Positions 13,346-26,954 are shown, counted from the first letter of the stretch. The stretch is 64,000 nt of DNA from Monocercomonoides exilis PA203 (GCA_001643675.2 LSRY02000033.1:124001-188000), one strand, 5' to 3'. Numbers and translations: made by a program. Notes: generated by a model not told the origin, from the letters alone.

Positions 13346-15256
13346 ATTGTCAAAATTTGAATTCGCTTCAAGTTTGCTTTTCCACTCCATATGCCATTGA
13401 TCTGTTCATTCTTTCGGCCAAGCAAAGGAGGGATTTTGCTTTTCCTTTTTTTTTCTTTTTTGAATTATTCATGTCTGTTGTTTGAGATTAAATTATCCAC
13501 AATGACTTGCAACATTGTGGAAGAAAATTGTTCTTTTTAATTCTGGAAACGATAAGCAAAGAATTGGGGAAAAAAATGTTTTCATTTTTATCACATGTCA
13601 TTTTTGAAACTGTCTGAAATATTTCAAATGACTCCAACAAAAAAAAACATTCAAAATAATGATAATGATAATAATAAGAATAATAAGAATAATAATAAGA
13701 ATAACAATAATAAGAATCAATAAATAAATTGAACAATAAATAAGTCAAATTAAAAATACTTGTTGTGAACTTTCACACGCAATCAATAAGTGTTTGGGAT
13801 TTCATGCACCGATGCAAAACCACAGCAGCACCTCATCCAGCCATTTTCAACAATCCAACCAAATAAAGAAAAGAAAAAGAAAAAGAAAACAATATCAAAT
13901 AAAAAAGGAAGAAAGAAGAAAAGAAAAGAAAAGAAAAGAAAGAAAAGAAAAGATCAAACAGGACAAATCCGACTGTTGCTGCACAAATCGACGAGGCGCC
14001 TCAAAATACAACAAAAGCCAAAACTTTAGTCGCATCAAAGAAAACATAAAACAAAAAAGAAAGAACAAAAAAAGTGAAAAAAGAAAAAGTGCGCGCATTT
14101 GTCAGGTGAGAAAGAAAGCTAGTAAGCAATCAGCGCGCTGCATGAATACACACAACTGCAACACAAAACAACAAAACAACCAAACAACCAAACAAAGACG
14201 AGCTCAAAAGGAAATCTTCAATAAATACATCTGAACAAAACAATAAAAAAAAAGGTTAAAATACTTTTCTTTTCTTTTCTTTTTTCTTCATTTCATGCCT
14301 TTTGCAGATAGAATTTCGGAGTACATAATCGGAGCAGGAAGAAAGGCAACACAAAGCAAAGAAAAAGTGGATTTCGATGTACGATATATCAAACATTTAA
14401 TCCCACAAAAGAATTCAAAAAGTACTTACCATCAGAGAAAACAGATCCGACTTTCAAAAAATAATACAAAACGAAAAAGAAAAAATTGGAAAAAAAATAT
14501 AAAAATTATAAAAACACACATTGAAAAGACTGGGAAAATGAACAAAAAGAATGAAGATGAAAATACAAATCGAACAATCGGTACAAAGCACGATCGTCTC
14601 TGGTGTTGGTAATTACGAGCAATCGCACAAGGATAGTGAACATGCAAAACAAAAACAAAAACAAAAAATAAAACAAAATAAAACCTTAAAAACCGAAATA
14701 AACGCAAAATATGACACAGATTATTCTTCAATAGCCTCAGATAGCAAAGCAACAAGCGCCATAAGAGGCTGAATAAGCCCACAGCTCCCTCCATTCACCC
14801 CCAAAAAACCAAAAGCCAAAAGTTAAAAAACGAAAAACGAAAAACGAAAGACTAAGACAGGACAGTCTTTGCAGCAGCAATTAGAGAGGCATACGAATCC
14901 ATCACACAGAAGAGCAGAATAAAAAGCTTCGTTCCAAACAGAAACAGAACAACAAGCACAAATACAAATATAAATGCAAATGCAAATACACAAAAAATAA
15001 AAAGAAAGGAAAGGAAGATTTGCGCTGTTCACTTTCCAAACCTAAAGAAGCATTGCTCGCAAACAAAACATTGAGTGAAAAGCAGAAGAATGAGCAGAGT
15101 TCGCTCTGTTCCATTTGCCTTTTCCCACACTCCGCCTCACTCTTCTGCATTCTTCCAAGCCTTTTACATTCGTCCTCCCAAAAAACTTGTGGTTTCTGCC
15201 CCATAACAATAACAGCCATTCTGCCTCTTTCTGCCTCCTTCGCCAAAACCCCCTGC

Positions 15257-18200
15257 CTATTCCTCTGTGTCTGTCTCTCTCCAGTTCAGCCACTCAAACC
15301 TTCCCTCATACACCCTCCACACTCTCCGCCTGCTTCGGCCTTTGCTGCCTTTGCTGCCTTCTTTGTCTGAGATCTCGCTGTCCTCTTCTTTTTTGTGATG
15401 TCCGTTACGACGCATCCCAACGAGGTTCAACAGACTCTGATGCTCAATCCAAACCACGCTCGATATCATAAGCTTCTGGTCGTCCTTCATATACCCCTTC
15501 ACATTCTTCATCTCTTCTTCCTCCAATTCCATCTTCTGCTTCTTCATCTGCATCTGCATCATCTTCAACATATTCGGGGCCAGAGCGGTTTCGTCTTCTC
15601 CCATTCCCCGCTGCTCCTTCATCGCCTGTTCGTATCTCAGCAACTCAAAGAATACATTTATCATCCGCCGCCTTGAGCCTTTTATTCTCTCAGAAGATCT
15701 TTTTCCTCCTCTGCCTGCCTTCCTCTCTGCCTCCTCTTCTGCACAGCCCCGTGCATTCATCGGCGGGACAATAATCGGAGGAATCAGCAAAAACGGCACC
15801 ATTTCTCTTGTCTCTCCCAAACGCCTCGTCAACCTCACTGTCTCTCCACACATTCTCCCGCTCTGCTTCTTTTCTGCTCTTTCGCCTGCCAAACACTCAC
15901 ATCCTCTCTCAAATTCCTTCTCAAGCAACAATTTTCTATCTTTCTCTGCTTGCGCACTTCCACAGCCTGCAGCAACAGCGCCACCAGCTGAGCAAAGAGG
16001 TGCATTCGAACCTGTTGGCAAAAATTGATCAGTTTGTTGTGGCAGCAAACAACCACAACAAGAAGCAGAAGCAGAAGAAGAGGAGGAGGAGGAAGAGGAA
16101 GAAGAGGAAGAAGTAAAGCTCTTCAATTTTGGCAAAGCCGAAGGAAAAGGAAAAGGACAAGGAATTCCCAACGGTCGCAGAAGAAGCGCTGAAGGCAAAG
16201 AAGCCGATGCCGACGGATGTTGCAAAGGAAATGATTGTGCAGTCTTCTGTTTTCTCTGCTGCTCCTCCACATACCCATCCCACGAAAGCGTGTGCGCATC
16301 CAAAGCCAAATTCATCGCCTTCTCATCCTCAGCAAACGAGCCTGTGAACTCTTCCCCGCTGAACCCAAGCGCATCACACGCAGCCAGCGGAACTCTCGTC
16401 GCAGGCGGAAACTTTGCATCTTCCAAACAGCATCCATCTTCGCTTCCTGCCTCTTCTTCGGTCAGACATCCCTCCCCAACTCCTTCCATCTGCATCAATT
16501 TCTTCATTATCTTCTTTTCTGCCTGTTGGATAGCTCCCGTCACCTGTTCGTTCGACCACTGCACCCAACTCCCTTCCTCACCCCATTCCTCCATCTTCCC
16601 CATCTTCCCTATTCTCCTCCCTATCGCTCCCAAAACCTCCAGCTTGTCCTTCACCTCTCTCAGCTCCTCGTCCTCCGAGCATTCTCTGATCGCCTCTCTA
16701 AATTTCTTCATCATCTCCTCCTTCATTTCGCTCTCATCGTCTTCCCCATCCTCTTCTCTCCCCTCCTCTGCCTTCTCTGCCTCCTCATCCCTCCACTCTG
16801 CCTTCAGCTCAGCGTCCTCTGCCACAAACAGGTCGTCTCCTTCCACCCGCCTCAGCCTCTCCAACTGCCCAGACTTTATCCATGCTCTTGCACACATCCG
16901 CATCATCTCCCACGCCGTCACCTCTCCCATCGTTGCAACAGCCTCTGAGAATGCAATCACACGCACCCCACCCACTCGCGGTAAGCCAACCAGCAGCCGC
17001 CAAAACAGCTCGTGCAGAGAAAGCACGTCGCTCGGTATGTTCATCAGAGGCACAGCCCGTGCCTCGCACACTTCACTCATTTCACTCATTTCACTCATTT
17101 TACTCATTTTACTCATATCGCCTGTTTTTCTCATATCACCCATTTCACCCATTTTGCCCCTCTGCTGGATGCCCCATCCATCCCCAGGCAGCGTTGCGAT
17201 GTCCACTCCATACACAAAATCGTGCATCTCGCTCGGGAACGGAAGCCTCTCCAAACGCGACACGCCCTCTCCCTTCGCATACTCCGCACTCTCCACATAC
17301 TCTCGCATCAGCATGCCAACATATGCCGTTCGCAGAATCTGCCGCGTCGAATGCACCAGCAGCACATTCAGACGGTCTCCGCAGAAAACAATCGATCTCC
17401 TCCGCTCATCGTTCGGGCTCACCTCTGCAACTTTCATTTTTGCTCTTTCTTTCCTGCTCGTTGACGCTGCCTTTGGCCCTTTCCTCGGCAATGAAGCAGA
17501 TAAGCCTGCTGATGGAAGTGCTGATAGGCACGTTGAAGCTGTGCTTGACTCAATGCTCATCCAGCTCTCATTCTCCAGCCTGGCCTGTTTGCGTGCTCCA
17601 TGCCTCGGCCATCCACCTCCCTCCTCCGTCTTCTTCTTCTCCTCCTCCTCCTCCTCGGACCACTCCTGAACAGTCGTGGCATTCCAGTTCTCGTATGATG
17701 TACCTTCTGTGAAAGACCCCACTCCTTTCCCTTCAAAACTTCCTCCAGTCAAATCTGAAGCCAAGCCAGAAGGAAAAGCGCCACAAGAAGAAATCTGCTC
17801 AGCAGCACCCAATGAAGCGCCTTCATTCAGCCCTGTCGAACGCATCTCTTCTTGCCCTCTGCAGTAGCCGATTCCAGATACACCTACGTTCTTGTTGCAA
17901 CCTGCTGCCCTGCTGCACACGCGCTTCCCTTCAACTCCTCTGTTGCCTTTGTCAGTCTTTCTTTGTTTGTTCGGTTTCTTCTGTTTCTTCTGGCTGTTCT
18001 GCTCTTCGTTGCAGTCTGCCTCCAGTCTCTTTTTCTTCCCTTCGTATTTCGACGTTTCCACCGCCTTCTTGCTCTTCGAATGCGCCCCCTCTTTGATGTT
18101 GTAGTGCGTGAACCACACAAACATCTTCACTGTTTTGCTCCGCTTGTGGCACAAGTCTTCCTCTGCCATGAACAACGGCTCTTGCTCTCTCCTCTGCTCC

Positions 18201-21200
18201 CCGCACGAGCACAAACTTCCTGAGCAACAAAAGCACCCTTCTGAAGTGGCCAATCTCGAAGCAGAAGATAGTCCATTCCCTGGCAAAGCCCTTCTGTGTA
18301 CCTCTCTGCCTTCCCCAAACTCCGTCGGCTGCGAGTTCACCCAACGCATCGTCGCTGGAAACGAGAACGACAGCGGCACCGTCCTTCTGTTTATTTGCGT
18401 CATATGCTCCAACGCTATTGTCCTCGGCGCCATGGCTATCGACTTCCTCCCGTGGTATGTGCTGTTCGGTTGCGTCGTGTTCGTTGCTGAATATGATGAC
18501 TTCATCCCATACTCCTCAGCCGGCGTCAGCGTGAACAGAGGCACAAACGCCGAGCCCACTGAAACTGGCAGAGAATAGAGCGAGGGCACAACCATCCCGC
18601 ACCGACACACTGAACACCTTCTTTTGGCTCTTCCTATTCCAATCTGTGTTGGCTGTGCTGGCAATTGCAGCTGGCTGCCCAAAGGCGCTGGCATATAAAA
18701 ACAAGGCCCAACTGGAGCAATCCCTGCTGCAACGCTCCTCGCCGTTTCAGCGCTGCTTCTTCTGCTCCTCTCATCTTCATCCCACCTTCTCGATGCATCA
18801 TTTATCGCACACGGCAGCGTTGGAGGCATCGGCAGAATTGGATGCTGCGATGTCTGCAGCAGGTGACAATCCTTTGGCCTGCCTGTTCCGCTGGCCAGAG
18901 GCCGCAGCCCCAAATCAGCCTTCAAGACAGCCAGCTTCCTCACTCCATCAAACAGCGCCTCGTCCAAATGCCCTGCTTCTCTCCTGCCTCTGCTCAGCTC
19001 TGCCTGCTCTGCCGGCTCTGCCCCACAGTCGCCAGACACCTTTGAGTGGTGCTGGTCTCGCCCGATGCTCGACTTAAATACACCGCCAAGCGAAGTGCAC
19101 GAAGCAAGCATTGTCCAATCGCAAGACTCATCAAATCCAGATGAGGCAGATGAGACAGATGAAACAGATGAAACAGAAGAGAAAGATGAAGAAGACGAAA
19201 CGCAACCTGAGGCTGAAGTTGTCTTCTCTGCTGTTTGCAATGCCTTTGCAGAATTCGCTGGGAAAGAAGGTGCTGAATAACTGCAAGACTTTTTGCAGCA
19301 AAACACATTCGCAGACTGTTCAATTCCTCTCACATCTGATTCACTTGGCAGATGAGCCGCTCCCAGCCCTGTCTTCTGAGCATCCACTTCTTCTGATGCG
19401 CTGCTGAGATTGCTCTGTGCATCTGAATGTCTCTTGCCGTTCTCCTTTTCTGTAGAAGCGCTTCCAAAAGTGCTTTCTTGTTGCGCCTCATCAAAAGAAC
19501 CCATCTCAGTGCTCTGAATGTTCTTTCCGCTCTCTGTTACCTCCTGAGCACAAGGAATTGCATCGCCAAATTCTGCTTCCTTGCTGTTTTGCTCAAGCTC
19601 TTCGCTGCTTCTCTCTTTCTGCATTCTTCTCTTCGTCTTCTGTGTCTTCATCTTTGTCTTTGCCTTCACTATCCCGTGGCAGTTCCGCTTCCATCCCCTC
19701 TGGTCGCATGCTCTTCTGCCGCTCCCATCTTCACTTTCTTCTTCTTCTTCTTCTTCTTCTTCCACATAATCTTCGTCCCACTCGCAACTCTGCTCGCTCT
19801 CGTCCTCACTCAAACTTTCTTCCTGCCAATTTTCTTCCTCACTCTCTTCTCTTCCTTCCCTTTTTGCCCTCTTCTTCCTCTCCTTCTGCTGCTCCACCCT
19901 CCTGACTTTCAATCCTGTGTTTTTCCTCCTCTTCATTTTCTTCTTCTCCTTTGACGTTACTGTTGTTGCCATTGTTTTCTTTTTCTTCTTCTCTCTCAAA
20001 TTCCTTTCTCCCTTCAGTCCGCATTCGCACCTCTCTCCGTTCTTCCACATGTTCCTTGAAGCTTCTCTGTTTTCCATCAACTGCCTTCTCAAAGTTCCTC
20101 GCTTGCATATTGCAAGCATATCCTTCATGCATCCCTCAAAACTCCACCCATCTCCATCTCCGTCTCCGTCTCCATCTCGATCGCTCAATCCCTTTCCCTC
20201 GCTTCCACTTTCCTTCCTTTCGCTGCTGCTGCTCTTCCACTGTTTCCTCCTCTCCCTCTTCAAATTCTCTTCGCTCAAGTAACTCTTTCGCTCCCAATCA
20301 GCATCTCTCTCCAATCTGCGCCCTCTTTCTTTTTCTTTTTTCTCTTCCTCATTTTCCTTCTCTCCTTCGTGTGTATCTTCCAATCTCTCTGTTCCATCGA
20401 TTAAATCTGATGCTCTTCTATCCCCTGCTTTCCTCTCATTTTTGCTCATTTTTCCCCCTTCTCTTTCTCTTTCTCTTTCTCTTTCATCGCCTTGTGTTCT
20501 TTGTCTTTTGTTTTCTGCCCCAAAGTTGCCTTCAGCTTGCTCCATCTGTGGAATCAATGGACTTTGCCTCAATTCCTCTCTTTGCTCCTCCTCCCATTCC
20601 CCTCTTCTCTGCGTCAGCAGCCCATTTGCTCTCCCAAAATGCACGTAATCTTCCTGGCTCTCTCTTTCTGTTCCTGTGGCTTCAGATTCTTTCCAGCTGC
20701 TTTCTTCTTCCCCAGCGCTTTCACTTGCCCAAAATATTCCCTGTTCCTCCTCCGCATCCTCAGCAGACTCGCTCTCTTCTGTCCCACTGGAGCCTAAAAG
20801 AACGGATTCTTCAGCTGCTCCCTCCACTCCCTCCCCATTCTCATCTTCGGCCTGCCCAGCAAGCTTCAGCATTCTGCTGCCCATCCCAGCATCCCTCGAC
20901 ACGCGAAGTGGCCCAGCGAATACTAATCCGAAACTTGAGCCATAAGGAGGCTCTTCTGGGAACAGCAAAGAATTATATTGCATTTCCCCAATTCTTTCTC
21001 TGTTTTCTTCTCTTTCCTCTCTTTCTTCCCTCTGATCTGCTTTTCTATCATCATCAAGCCCATCGCATATGTGACATGTCTGCACCACTCGCGCACTCCT
21101 CCCACCTTCAGCGCCTTCAAAGCAGAACCTTCCTCTGTCTTCTTGCTCCTTAATTATTTTGTCTCCACATGCCCATTTTCCAGTTCGATCTCTTCCACCC

Positions 21201-21563
21201 TTGTCTAATGATCCAGCTGTTTGACGCTCCAAACAGCTCTCCAAAATTGCATTCTCTGCAGTTTGCGCAGGCCCCCACAGGTCTTCTGAACCAAAATGCT
21301 TTTCAAATTTGTTAGCGCAGCTGCTCTCCTGCCAGTCTCCGATCGCCTTGTTTTCTCCGTTCTCTCTGCTGTCATATCCTCCAAATAGCCCAGCAATGCA
21401 CTTATTGCCACCATCTGGGGCACCCCAGATTTTTTCCTGAAAACACAAAAAAAACACACGCAAACACGCCACCCCCGCAAAAAGCATGTTAAAATACTCC
21501 AATCTGCGCCTACGCGCAGCAAAATAAACAGCCTACCGTGTTGCGTCTGTCGTCCACAAGCAT
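15257..21563 (-). CDS. ~2068-aa low-complexity protein, possibly a highly divergent EME1/Mms4-like (ERCC4 + HhH) protein
   Basis: A 27-nt exon 21563-21537 (MLVDDRRNT) and GT-AG intron 21536-21437 join in frame to a 6.2-kb exon ending in TAG at 15257. Mostly E/K/R/S-rich. Ordered islands include FSFPATMRWV, LNVLLVHSTRQ and ELFWRLLVGLPRVGGVRVIAFSEAVAT. The gene itself is well supported; the EME1 identity is weak. Confidence 0.7.
17072..17156 (-). repeat. Imperfect 9-bp coding tandem repeat (M-x-x tripeptides: MGEMGDMRKTGDMSKMSKMSEMSEMSE)
   Basis: Visible (CTCATTTYA)n-like units on the + strand. Confidence 0.7.
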
Positions 21564-23796
21564 CGCCAAAAAAAGGCAAATTTCGTGCAAATTGTGAATT
21601 GAAAAATGAAATAATGCCTCACTTCCCCAAATTCAAAAACACCCGCCACCAGTCAAAACCTTCCCCAAACAGCATGGAGCATGTTGCCAACCCCAAATAC
21701 ACCCTTTCGCCAACCGGCACTTTTCTCACATGTGTTTGTTATGGTGCATGTCAAAAAACTGTTTTTCAAAGTCTGGCCTTTCTCGCACGCTGCTCCACCC
21801 CACACTCTCTCCATCGCTCACCTCTTACAAGTAATTTACGGGAAACGAAAAGAAAGGTCGTTTTAACCTCTTTGTCGACCACAGCGCAAGCAAAGCATTT
21901 GAGCCCAAAACACCTTCATTTCTTATCCGTGCTGATGCCGAGCGACCTCATCTCACACAAATCCATTGTGGAAACGCAAGTTTTTTCATTTGCTCCACAT
22001 GCGCGAATGACATGAAATTTCCGACTTTCGAGTTTTGGTTTTGTTCATCAAGTCACAGATGATTCCCTTTCAAATTTCGTCTCCTCTGCTCGAAGGCTTC
22101 GCGGCATGCACAAAAATGTTGCATAAACGTGCGGTCAATCAAATGAGAAAGAGTGGTTTCTCGTGAGCCCCAATTTCACTTCCTCGGACGATTTTTGTTC
22201 TTTGAAGGCGAAGAGCATTCTGAAGCGTGAATCTCGAGTTGACTACAACTGCACGGCAAAACACAGACGTTTTCCTGCAAAGCATGTGGAGGTTGGTGTG
22301 GAATGAAACGGAAAGTGGAGTTGGCATTTGGGCATCACAAGCAAGCTCAATCTGCAGCCAAACAGCCTATTTCAGCATCTGTCTCACAGGGCTTGTGAGC
22401 AATTCCACGCGCCCTGGCACTTGGAAGAGGGCAATCTGTCTTCATTCTGCAGAATATGTTTTTTGCCGTGAAGGAAAGCGTGCGTGCGAGGCGTTTTGTG
22501 GATGCTGCTTGCGAGCTTTGGAAGAACCCTTTTGTTGTAAGTCCGCGCTGTTTTCCTGCTTCCTCGATTGATTATGAACGAAACGTGGAGGCGAATGAAC
22601 ACACATTCAGATGATCCTGAACCTTCCCATTTGTTTGCGTCCTTGTCTTTGCCACGCTTTGCGCAAGTTCAGGTGAGATGCCACATAAGCGAAGGACCAA
22701 GTGATTTGAAGAAATACTTTCATTTTATTATTATATCGAAGGAAATGATGTGAAGCTCGTATCACTGGTCTACAAATTTTTGCTGGGTGCAACAGACTGT
22801 TGAAGCAATTCCATTATTTTTATTTCTGTCTGTGCCTCTTGTGCAGCTCCTGCTGAACTTCTGGCCTGGCGCAGTGACAGTTTTGAGCGAAACTCATGGA
22901 TTTGATGGGTGATTACGAAAGAATGAACAATGGCACAAACAGGAAGGACACTTCTAGACTTGCGCACTGTATACAAAAATCGCGTCAATTTCGAACTTCC
23001 GAATTATGCGTTTGTTTTAACAGTCCCCTCATCTTTTCCGTTCCGTGTTTGGGATTGTTCAGCTGCGCTGTGTTGGCCAGCACCAACACGGGAAAAATGG
23101 TCAGGATGCGAATGGAATTCTGTTTTTTGAGGAAAAAATTAATTTTTGAATTTTCTGTTTGTTCTTGTTTTTTTTGTGAGAAAAATTGAGTAAAAATTAA
23201 GGCTTTTGTGGTGGATAGTATTTTTTATTGCATTGAATGGACAAGTTATTTTTTTATTTTTAATTTTTTTTTTTTTTTATATTTTTGAATATCAAGAATT
23301 TAATATTTTTTTACAAAAAAACAAAATTTTCAAATAATTCACTTTTATAAAAATTAAAAATGTGAATTATAAGTTATTATTAATCGAAGCACAGACTATT
23401 TTTAAAAATAAAAAAAGATTCATTGATTTGTAAAAAGGGAGATCAATATTTTAATAAAATTTGAAAAAATTTATAAGGAAATCAAAACCGTCAGGAAGAT
23501 AATATTTTAGAAAAAACAAATCGTTTCAAATAGAATAAATTCTATTTGAGGTTCATAAATGAGAAACATTATTTTTATCACTTCAAAGGATACATGCAGG
23601 AAAACACGGACTTTCAAGCTTTTTTTGCACAAAGCATAAAAAATTTGTTTCACTTTTAACATTTTTAAACTTAATCAGATTTCAAAATATATTTGATTTT
23701 TATATCTGTAAACAAATATCATAGATATAACAACAATATGTTATGTGACTTCACATGTATTTCAAAAAATAAACCCATTTTCTTTCAAAATTTTGG

Positions 23797-26144
23797 CAAG
23801 TTCCAAATATATGGACCTCGGATTTTTCTGATTTCTTTTGAATAAAACGATCGATAATATGATGTTAATTAACAGAAAATTACTTTCATTTGTCGAAAAT
23901 TAGATTTATGGACTTTACAGCAGAAAATTTGATCTGTCCCATATTTTTATTTTAATTATGCAGAAAACAAAAATTTGCTGGCAAGTGGGATGCACTGAGA
24001 TAATGTTTTTGAATCTTATTTGATCTTATTAAACTCATCATTTTCATTAACTGAGTGAGCGTTGATGTTCTATTTTCTTAAAAATAGTCGTTATTTTCTC
24101 GTGAGAATTTCATTTGTGTGTTTTGCAAACATATTCCATTCGAAAACATGTTTGATGTAATTTTGACACTCTTTTAAAAATATTATTATTGAGAAATTAT
24201 TCATTGTGTGTTTTGTTTTCGATTTTTCCTTTCATAAAATACTGTATTTCAACATTTATTTAATCACACACATTTGACGCTTCCCATAGAAGAAATGATG
24301 ATAATTCCACAAGAACACGTGGGAAATGGATTGGAACAGTAAAAATGTCATGAAAGCTGATGATTCTGGTTGTGCTTAAAAGCTTGATGCAAACACAGAG
24401 TCGATTGTCTTGGATGAGCTTGTGGGGTGCAACAATCTGTGGAGGCAGATAAATAAGACCCACTTCCAAATAAGCTTTGACAAGTATGGAAATGAACAGC
24501 AGAATGTGATCAACAGGGTTCGCCGGTGTCAACAATTGAAACAACCTATGAATCATCTGGATCTGGTTCTTGCTTTCCCAAAAGACACGATTATAATAAG
24601 TTTTTAGGAAAGGAGAAACCTGGATGTTTTGCAGCAGTGTGAAGTTGTGGAGCAGCTGTGCTTTAGCTTTGGCTATGAACAAAAGTATATGCAGCACAAG
24701 GTGGAATGCAGTTTGATAGAGAATGAAAAAAGAATGGCGGATCATGAGATGCAGTTTGAGGAAATTAGGAAGTTGTAGCAAGGAAAGGCAGAAACCGAGG
24801 TATCAGATGCTTGGTGGATCGGGCGAGAGAGGAAGAGAGTGGTTGAGTTTTGAGGAGCCACGATGATGATGATTCTCACACTCCTGTTTGAAGAACTGTG
24901 GGAAAAGAACATTATATTCAATATAGATGTGAAGGTGGAAAATATCCATTGGATGGATGTGAGTATTGGACGATGAAAAGAAAGAGTTGAAAAGGAAGAG
25001 ATATTTTTAGAAAATTGGACTTATGAAAGGAGTTTTTCAAACAGATCACCATTGTTTTTCGTTTAAGGATAATTTCTTTTTAATGTTTCAGCTAAAGGAA
25101 CATTAAGGCTGTTAAAAACAGAATTGAAGGATATGGAAAGGAAAACCCGTTGAAGAGGTGAAGAAACAAAGATTGAAGCATCTGATTATTAAATTATTGT
25201 GCTTGTTGCTTGATGATGAAAGTGAAAACATTAATTGTAAGATTTGTGAGACATTTCTAGTTATTATTACAAATAGGATGTTAAGGATTTTGATATGGAA
25301 ATGATGGAGATGTTTCTGAGGTGGCAACGGGAAAGAGCAGATTAAGTGGCCACGAATGAGTTTTTATGTTACGGTTTGAAAAAAGGTCAATTTTTAATGT
25401 TGTGGTTATCGTATTTTTTCTCAATAAGATTCGATTTTTTTTGCACTAACACTTTTGAAACATTTTGTTGAAAGTAATGTTTAATTAAAAAAGTGTTGTT
25501 CTTTTGTTGCAAAATTGTCGAACGAAATATGTGCAAAATTCAATTATTGAATTTAATATTTATTTAATTATTTAATTAATATTTTCAATATTCGCTCTTC
25601 AAATCATATTTTTTTGTATTCAAAGCTTTTAAAAAAAATAAAAGCTCTTCGAAACGTTCTAAAGGAATCAAATGATTTGTTATCATCGCAAGAAAAAAAT
25701 GAGAGATTAGGGAAGAGCATCAAACCAATAAAATATGCAGATTAATAAATTCATATTCATGGTCATTTAATTTCCAGATCTGATCATTATTTCAGTTTTA
25801 TAAAATATCTGTTAAGGAAACATGCAAATGAAATTTTCACGAGAAAATAACGACTATTTTTAAGAAAATAGAACATCAACGCTCACTCAGTTAATGAAAA
25901 TGATGAGTTTAATAAGATCAAATAAGATTCAAAAACATTATCTCAGTGCATCCCACTTGCCAGCAAATTTTTGTTTTCTGCATAATTAAAATAAAAATAT
26001 GGGACAGATCAAATTTTCTGCTGTAAAGTCCATAAATCTAATTTTCGACAAATGAAAGTAATTTTCTGTTAATTAACATCATATTATCGATCGTTTTATT
26101 CAAAAGAAATCAGAAAAATCCGAGGTCCATATATTTGGAACTTG
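23797..26144. mobile_element. Long inverted-repeat element (320-bp arms) enclosing ~1.7 kb that includes decayed coding-like sequence
   Basis: Arms 23797-24116 and 25825-26144 are reverse complements with one mismatch seen near the inner end. Interior ~24260-25350 is higher in GC with broken ORFs. No target duplication found. Confidence 0.75.
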
Positions 26145-26180
26145 TCGTCAAAACAATTTTTATAAATCAAAAACACACAT

Positions 26181-26430
26181 TATATGGGTCATTCTTTTTG
26201 AAAAGTCGCAAATGTTTAATTTGCAAATAAATCAAAATTTTCATATTTTGCTCAAATTTCTGTTTCCACTCACCAAACTTCACTAATATGGAATATATTT
26301 CTGGATAATGCTATTTTATTCATTCTGAAGAAATTTCGTGAGTGGAAACAGAAATTTGAACAATATGTGAAATTTTTGATTTATTAGAAAATTAAACACT
26401 TGCGACTTTTCAAAAAGAATAACCCATATA
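26181..26430. mobile_element. 250-bp MITE with ~93-bp imperfect TIRs and TA ends
   Basis: TATATGGGTCATTCTTTTTGAAAAGTCGCAA... at 26181 pairs with ...TTGCGACTTTTCAAAAAGAATAACCCATATA ending at 26430. Arms 26181-26273 and 26338-26430 carry scattered mismatches. Confidence 0.8.
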
Positions 26431-26479
26431 GATTTTTTAAGACAAATTTCTGAAATAACAAAAATCCAGGAATTCAATT

Positions 26480-26911
26480 AAATTATCATTTATTGTGTGT
26501 GTTAATAATGGTGGACACTTTCATTAACTGTGGACAGTGGGATTATCTCAACAATCGTTGATGGTTGCATTTCATCAATTTACCCATTTATTCTCTCATT
26601 TAATGTGAACTAATAAGAATCGTTTTATTCATTCACACATCACAATGAAATTTTGTAATAATTAATAATTATCTACTGAGAAACTCGGAGTATCATATTT
26701 CTCCGAGTTTCTTTTTGAATTAAAAATGCCTCTTTCTTTATTCTTGGGGGCAAATTTTTTCTTTTCTGAATGACTTATAAGTTTGCATTCATTGAAGGAA
26801 TGAATGGGTAAATTGATGAAATGCAACCATCAACGATTGTTGAGATAATCCCACTGTCCACAGTTAATGAAAGTGTCCACCATTATTAACACTAACAATA
26901 AATGATAATTT
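26480..26911. repeat. 432-bp palindromic element: ~138-bp arms plus a central 12-bp hairpin on the same symmetry axis
   Basis: Arms 26480-26617 and 26774-26911 (core 26499-26588 perfect). Central AGAAACTCGGAG-N10-CTCCGAGTTTCT at 26679-26712. All paired coordinates checked sum to 53391. Confidence 0.8.
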
Positions 26912-26954
26912 CTGAAATAATCACTCATATAGTGAAAATACGGATTTTCAAGCT

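Noticed and set aside
13488-15246. K-rich and F-rich ORFs
   Set aside because: Products of A-rich low-complexity intergenic or 3' flank sequence.
21600-23190. Moderately GC-rich stretch with short ORFs (possible small gene or extra exons)
   Set aside because: No consistent spliced frame or recognisable product could be assembled.
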